NCBI GenBank assembly: GCA_902573565.1
Contig: CACGKI010000001.1
Location: forward strand, 2,038-66,037
Direction: 5' to 3'
Length of the DNA stretch: 64,000 bases
From: an uncultured Prochlorococcus sp.
Lineage (GTDB): Bacteria > Cyanobacteriota > Cyanobacteriia > PCC-6307 > Cyanobiaceae
Part shown: in pieces, positions 59,154 to 64,000 of the stretch
Layout of the letters: each line of letters opens with the position of its first letter
Position numbering within the stretch: the first letter of the stretch is position 1
Program-made: the position numbers and the translations under genes
The notes under the pieces: generated by a model
Told to the model about the DNA's origin: nothing
Seen by the model: only the letters and a program-made list of their open reading frames with translations
The model's database searches: none

Positions 59154-59948
59154 TCAAACAATGCTTCGGAGGTTAACTAACCTAATTTCTTTATTAATTT
59201 CAAGCCAGAGTTTTATTTTTTTGGAAAATTTATCTTTGTCTGAAGTGACAAAGAATTGAACATTATCGTAAGAAAGACTTTCATAGCGGCCAGTTCTTGG
59301 GATAACGAAAGACTCGTTAAATTTTTTTATTAACGCTTCTGATGGATCAATAATTGTTATGTGCGGATTAGTTTTTTTTCTTAAAAAGTCATAAATTAAA
59401 GGATAATGACTGCATCCAAGGATTAATTCTTGAATATTTTTATTTAATAGTGGTCTTAAATACACATCCGAAAGATGATTCAACTTATTAACATCAAGCT
59501 CATCTTTTTCTATCTCTGATACAAATTCTGGACATTCTTGTTGAAAAATTTTAAGGTTTTCTTTTTTAGAACTTATAGCATTTTTGTAGTATTCTGAGTC
59601 AACTGTTGCTTGTGTTGCTAATACACCGATTATTCGTTTATTAACAATTTCGGATACTGAGTTTATAAGATCAAAACAAGGGATTCTCAAGTTGTTTGCC
59701 AAGATATCAAGGGCACATGCATTTGTTGTATTACAGGCTATTAAAAGAGCATCCAAATTTTTATCTTCAAAAAAGATACAAATCTCTTTTGCAATGTTTC
59801 TTATCTCTCTAAAACCTTTGTTCCCAAATGGGGATCTTTTTGTATCGGCCAAATAAATAACTTCAACATCTTTACGTGTTTTTAATAAAGAATTAAGGAT
59901 AGTAAAACCGCCTATACCACTATCAAATATACCTATTTTTAGTTTCAC
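59154..59948 (-). CDS. murI: Glutamate racemase
   Basis: IGIFDSGIGG, ACNT and GCSHYP catalytic Cys motifs. Confidence 0.88.
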   Translation of the reverse strand: MKLKIGIFDSGIGGFTILNSLLKTRKDVEVIYLADTKRSPFGNKGFREIRNIAKEICIFFEDKNLDALLIACNTTNACALDILANNLRIPCFDLINSVSEIVNKRIIGVLATQATVDSEYYKNAISSKKENLKIFQQECPEFVSEIEKDELDVNKLNHLSDVYLRPLLNKNIQELILGCSHYPLIYDFLRKKTNPHITIIDPSEALIKKFNESFVIPRTGRYESLSYDNVQFFVTSDKDKFSKKIKLWLEINKEIRLVNLRSIV

Positions 59949-61030
59949 CCTACTTTATCTAGATATTCGAGGATGCCTTTTGCAATTGCATAGGCTAATC
60001 TTTTTCGATGGGTTATTTTCTCTAGTCTTCTTGCATCTAATCTTCCCGTTAAAAATCCAATTTCTACAAGGACTGCGGGCATCCTAGTATTTTTAATAAC
60101 GTAGAATCTACCTTGTTTAACTCCTCGATCAGGACTCCCAGGGGAAACTCTTAAAATTTGTTTTTGAATTCTTTTCGCGAGTAATCTTCCTCTCCAACCT
60201 CTGTAATAAAAGGTTTCCAATCCATTTATGTCTCTTCTTTTACCTCTTGAGGCATTTGCATGAATACTTACAAAAATATCTGCATCCGTATTATTAGCAA
60301 TGGAAACTCTTGGAGGCAAATCCAAATCAACTTCATTTGTTCTAGTCAACCTTACTTTGACACCTTTTTCAGAAAGTAAATTTTTAACAATTTTTGAAAC
60401 CTCTAGGACAACATCTGTTTCTCTAATACCACCTATACCTATCGCTCCTGGATCAGGTCCTCCATGCCCTGGATCGATTACAACCTCAAACTTGTTTCGT
60501 TTTACCTCTGGTAGTTTCAAGTAGCCATAATCCCTTTTTCTCATATAACTTGATTTTTGATTTGCTTGAATATTTCTTGTTTTTTTCTCAACTACACCTT
60601 CACCTATCTTCTTAAATGAATATTTTGGGGTAAATAGTTTAATTCGCCACCTATTTTGATCCAAGCCAACAACCCGCCAAGTCAAGGGATTTAAGTAAGT
60701 TTTTTCCTTAAATTCAATTACTAGTCTTGTTTTACCCTTAACTGGTTTACCTAATCTAATTTCTTTTATTGGGCCATTACCTTTTATTGTTCTGGGATTT
60801 ATTAATTCTCCTGGAAAATCTACCCAGAATCTATCTCCCGATATTTGGTTAGCCTTCTGAAAGTATGCTTTTAAATTTGTATTTGATTTAGTTCTTAATT
60901 CTAAAATCCCATTGTTATTTATAGCCCATGCCGCAAGAGCACTTGAAGATTTAACTGGAAGGATTGAAGAATTTAAAAATAAAAAAACAGATAAATAACG
61001 AAAAAGTTTATTATCTAAAAACTTTATCAT
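59945..61030 (-). CDS. amiC: N-acetylmuramoyl-L-alanine amidase with N-terminal AMIN-like domain
   Basis: VVIDPGHGGPDPGAIG and SIHANA amidase_3 motifs. Signal peptide. Confidence 0.85.
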   Translation of the reverse strand: MIKFLDNKLFRYLSVFLFLNSSILPVKSSSALAAWAINNNGILELRTKSNTNLKAYFQKANQISGDRFWVDFPGELINPRTIKGNGPIKEIRLGKPVKGKTRLVIEFKEKTYLNPLTWRVVGLDQNRWRIKLFTPKYSFKKIGEGVVEKKTRNIQANQKSSYMRKRDYGYLKLPEVKRNKFEVVIDPGHGGPDPGAIGIGGIRETDVVLEVSKIVKNLLSEKGVKVRLTRTNEVDLDLPPRVSIANNTDADIFVSIHANASRGKRRDINGLETFYYRGWRGRLLAKRIQKQILRVSPGSPDRGVKQGRFYVIKNTRMPAVLVEIGFLTGRLDARRLEKITHRKRLAYAIAKGILEYLDKVG

Positions 61031-61857
61031 TAGTTTGAAAACAATTTGTTTTTTCTATGTTTAAGGCTTGGCATCTGCTCCCTAATTTTCTTCACTCTTT
61101 CTTTATCAGCAGGAGCTATTGCAGCTCCCTGAGTTTTTCCAGCATCAGATAAAACTGTACCCCAAGGGTCAATTACCATTGCATGGCCATGACTTTGCCT
61201 TCTTCCATAATGAATACCAGTTTGAGCTGGAGCGACTACATATGCTGTATTCTCAATTGCTCTTGCTTGTAATAGGATTTGCCAATGATCTTTTCCAGTA
61301 AATGCTGTAAAAGCTGCGGGTATCATAATTAGCTCAGCACCGTTGGAAGACAAATATCTATAGAGTTCAGGAAATCTAACGTCGTAACAAATCGATAATC
61401 CTATTTTGCATAAACCTGGGACATCTACAACAGGTGGGTACTCTGCTCCAGATAAAATAGTGGATGATTCCTTGTATAAATTCCCATCTGGCAAATCAAC
61501 ATCAAATAAATGAATCTTGTCGTATTTTGCCAAAATCTGTCCATCTTTTCCAAATAAGGCTGACCTATTAAAAGTATGATTATCATCACCAGCAGGGACA
61601 GGATACCCTCCTCCCAAAAGAAATACTTGATATCTTTGTGACATAGTTTTTAGAAAATTTGTACACTTCTGTGATAATTCAGAAGCTAATCTAAGTTTTT
61701 CATCATCTCCTCCTAAAAAAGCAAAATTCTCAGGCAATCCTATTAACTCAGCACCTCTTCTAGCAGCTAATTCAATCTGTTCTTCTGCTTCAGTAAAATT
61801 TTCTTCAACATTTGAAGTACTCGTAATTTGCAATGCAGCTACCAAAAAATCAGTCAA
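61030..61857 (-). CDS. Carbon-nitrogen hydrolase (nitrilase superfamily)
   Basis: Glu-Lys-Cys triad context: GLPENF, YDKIHLFD, LSICYDVRFPE. Confidence 0.8.
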   Translation of the reverse strand: MTDFLVAALQITSTSNVEENFTEAEEQIELAARRGAELIGLPENFAFLGGDDEKLRLASELSQKCTNFLKTMSQRYQVFLLGGGYPVPAGDDNHTFNRSALFGKDGQILAKYDKIHLFDVDLPDGNLYKESSTILSGAEYPPVVDVPGLCKIGLSICYDVRFPELYRYLSSNGAELIMIPAAFTAFTGKDHWQILLQARAIENTAYVVAPAQTGIHYGRRQSHGHAMVIDPWGTVLSDAGKTQGAAIAPADKERVKKIREQMPSLKHRKNKLFSN

Positions 61858-61887
61858 GACTTTACTCCTAATGAACCAATTCGTAAA

Positions 61888-62622
61888 TCATGAGGCACGA
61901 ATCACACCTCTTTCAACTTGAGCTGGAACAATATCTAAGCAATCAAGTTCAGCGCAACATTTAAAATCATCCTCATAATCTCCAAGACTTGTCAATCTTT
62001 TGCCATGGGTTGCTGTTTTTAAACATTTCAAAATATCATTTTTCCAGACATCCCAAAGTGCCAAAGCAGATTGTAATTCGTCATTCATAATATTAATTTC
62101 GAAATCACAGTTCTGTTTTAGGTATGAAGCCAAAGCACCTGCAGCTAAAGAATCCTCAAGTGAATAAGAACCTTCCCAACCACTACCAAGTATTAAAACA
62201 TTTTCACGTTTTAGTGAAATGATTTTTTCGGCAACTGCTTTCCTGTTTGGGAGACCCATAGCAAATAAATGCTTAGCATTTTGAACTTTTTGCAATGATT
62301 TAGTCCCATTAGTCGTACTCATAAATAGTCTTTTACCATTAACGACTTTTTGTGTAACTGATAAAGGAGAATTTCCCAGATCAAAGCCCTCAATCTTCTT
62401 TCCGCCTCTCTCTCCAAGCATTAGTCTTTTTTCAGCTTGCCAATCAATTGCAGATTCTTTTAATAAATCTAAATCTGCAAAAACTTGTATTGAATCAGCT
62501 CCATTTTTTAAAGCCCAAGAAATTGTGGTTGTAGCTCTTAAAACATCAATGACCACTGCAATGTCAGGACTATTTTCAGGAACATCCTTTGCAACGTGAT
62601 AATAAGTAAGATTAATAGTCAA
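61888..62622 (-). CDS. comB: 2-phosphosulfolactate phosphatase family protein
   Basis: VIDVLRATTT N-terminal motif. 244 aa. Confidence 0.75.
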   Translation of the reverse strand: MTINLTYYHVAKDVPENSPDIAVVIDVLRATTTISWALKNGADSIQVFADLDLLKESAIDWQAEKRLMLGERGGKKIEGFDLGNSPLSVTQKVVNGKRLFMSTTNGTKSLQKVQNAKHLFAMGLPNRKAVAEKIISLKRENVLILGSGWEGSYSLEDSLAAGALASYLKQNCDFEINIMNDELQSALALWDVWKNDILKCLKTATHGKRLTSLGDYEDDFKCCAELDCLDIVPAQVERGVIRAS

Positions 62623-62750
62623 ATCCTTTTTCTATTTTTATTATAGAAAACAGTTACTTAATTTGATTATTTTTTTTTAAAAAACAAACTTATTGATAAT
62701 ATAAAACTAATTTGTTTTTACAGAAATTTTATCAAGTAATTAATTTGAAA

Positions 62751-64000
62751 ATGAATAATATCCGCACAATAAAAGGTGGAGTTAATTTAAAAGGAAAAGT
62801 AAAAGTACCTGGAGATAAATCTATTTCTCATAGAGCTCTAATAATAGGAAGTATTGCTAAGGGTGAGACGACTATTGAGGGGTTCTTACATTCCGAAGAT
62901 CCACTTTCAACTGCTGATTGTCTAAGAAAGTTAGGTGTAAATATACCAGAAATAAAAAAAAATGAGCCTTTTACGATTTCAGGATTAGGTCTTGATGGTT
63001 TAAAAGAGCCAAAAGAAATTCTCAATTGTGGAAATTCAGGAACCACTATGAGGCTATTAATGGGTTTATTAGCCTCACAAGAAGGTAAGAATTTTATCTT
63101 AAGTGGGGACGCTTCTCTTAACGAAAGGCCAATGAGAAGAGTTGGCAAACCGTTATCTTTGATGGGTGGCAAAATTTACGGAAGGGAAAGGGGTAACAAA
63201 GCTCCAATTTCAATTGACGGGAAAAAACTTAAGGGATGTGTTATTGGAACTCCAGTTGCAAGTGCTCAAGTAAAATCTGCAATATTATTGGCAGGCCTCA
63301 ATGCTTCTGGAACTACTTCTGTAATTGAACCAGCATCTTCAAGAGATCACACTGAAAGAATGCTAAAAGCATTTGGAGCAGACATCAGTATCAGAGGAGA
63401 ATTAGGAAGGAATGTAGTTATCAAGTCAGGTAGCAACTTAATTGGTCAGAGAATATTGATTCCTGGAGACATAAGCTCCGCTTCTTTTTGGATGATTGCT
63501 GCATCTATTGTTCCAAATTCAGAGGTTTTAATTCAGAATGTCGGATTAAATCCCACTAGAACAGGTATTTTAAATGTAATGGATTCAATGGGGTGCAATT
63601 ATGAAATCCTAGATAAATCGACTATTGCAGGTGAACCTATTGGATCTATCAAAGTAAAGACTTCAAATAATTTAAGATCATTCACTATTGAAGGAGATAT
63701 TCTCCCAAAACTTATAGATGAAATTCCTATCCTTACTGTGGCTGCCTGTTTTTGTAATGGAGTTTCTGTAATTAAGGATGCACAAGAATTAAGAGTTAAG
63801 GAGACAGATCGATTAAAAGTCATGGCACGACAGTTACAAAAATTCGGCGCTGAAATAACAGAAAAAGAGGATGGGTTAATTATTAATGGGCAGTCAAAAT
63901 TTCATTCTGCGGAGGTAGATAGTGAGACAGATCATCGAGTAGCAATGAGTCTTGCTATTGCTTCACTTCTTGCTAAAGGTACCTCAAAAATCATGAGATC
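62751..64000 (+). CDS. aroA: 3-phosphoshikimate 1-carboxyvinyltransferase (EPSP synthase), 3' end outside window
   Basis: Not in the ORF track because it runs off the window. Manual translation [33 protein letters not shown]...[12 protein letters not shown]...LRVKETDRL...DHRVAMS. Confidence 0.9.
   Translation, partial: MNNIRTIKGGVNLKGKVKVPGDKSISHRALIIGSIAKGETTIEGFLHSEDPLSTADCLRKLGVNIPEIKKNEPFTISGLGLDGLKEPKEILNCGNSGTTMRLLMGLLASQEGKNFILSGDASLNERPMRRVGKPLSLMGGKIYGRERGNKAPISIDGKKLKGCVIGTPVASAQVKSAILLAGLNASGTTSVIEPASSRDHTERMLKAFGADISIRGELGRNVVIKSGSNLIGQRILIPGDISSASFWMIAASIVPNSEVLIQNVGLNPTRTGILNVMDSMGCNYEILDKSTIAGEPIGSIKVKTSNNLRSFTIEGDILPKLIDEIPILTVAACFCNGVSVIKDAQELRVKETDRLKVMARQLQKFGAEITEKEDGLIINGQSKFHSAEVDSETDHRVAMSLAIASLLAKGTSKIMR

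Noticed and set aside
62828-63823. Minus-strand ORFs 62828-63172 and 63599-63823, the only ORF-track calls in this region.
   Set aside because: The plus strand encodes an unmistakable AroA (EPSP synthase). It is absent from the track only because it lacks a stop inside the window.

Overview
AT-rich window (about 30% GC by eye), densely packed. It looks like chromosome from a high-light-adapted Prochlorococcus-type marine picocyanobacterium: it carries a pcb chlorophyll a/b antenna gene, class II nrdJ, crtL, long-form cbiX, metA/metY, acs, sdsA and aroA. Most of the window is ordinary core metabolism and housekeeping. The stand-out is a ~13.5 kb block (9735-23216) that appears to encode a complete type IV pilus machine. 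One arm carries pilD, then a divergent pilA / lipoprotein / giant pilin-like / pilB / pilT / pilC operon. The other, convergent operon runs pilQ-pilN-pilO, two leaderless pilin-like ORFs, a minor pilin, then pilM, in a non-canonical order. The block lies between core nrdJ and tRNA-Ser(UGA) at 24277-24363, surrounded by small orphan ORFs, which suggests a tRNA-linked variable island, although I found no integrase, transposase or att repeat. Secondary observations are listed here:
- A triple 12-nt tandem repeat plus a small-ORF/terminator locus at 9062-9441.
- A perfect 14-bp palindrome in front of a ribbon-helix-helix-like two-gene module at 26831-27767.
- A decapeptide-repeat membrane protein at 54002-54418.
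- A divergent GpsA-like / HAD-like gene pair next to an ArsS-type radical SAM gene and a Fur-family regulator.
- A structured leader in front of nrdJ.
I saw no CRISPR array, rRNA or recognisable mobile-element genes. All family assignments come from motif recognition by eye and need HMM/BLAST confirmation.
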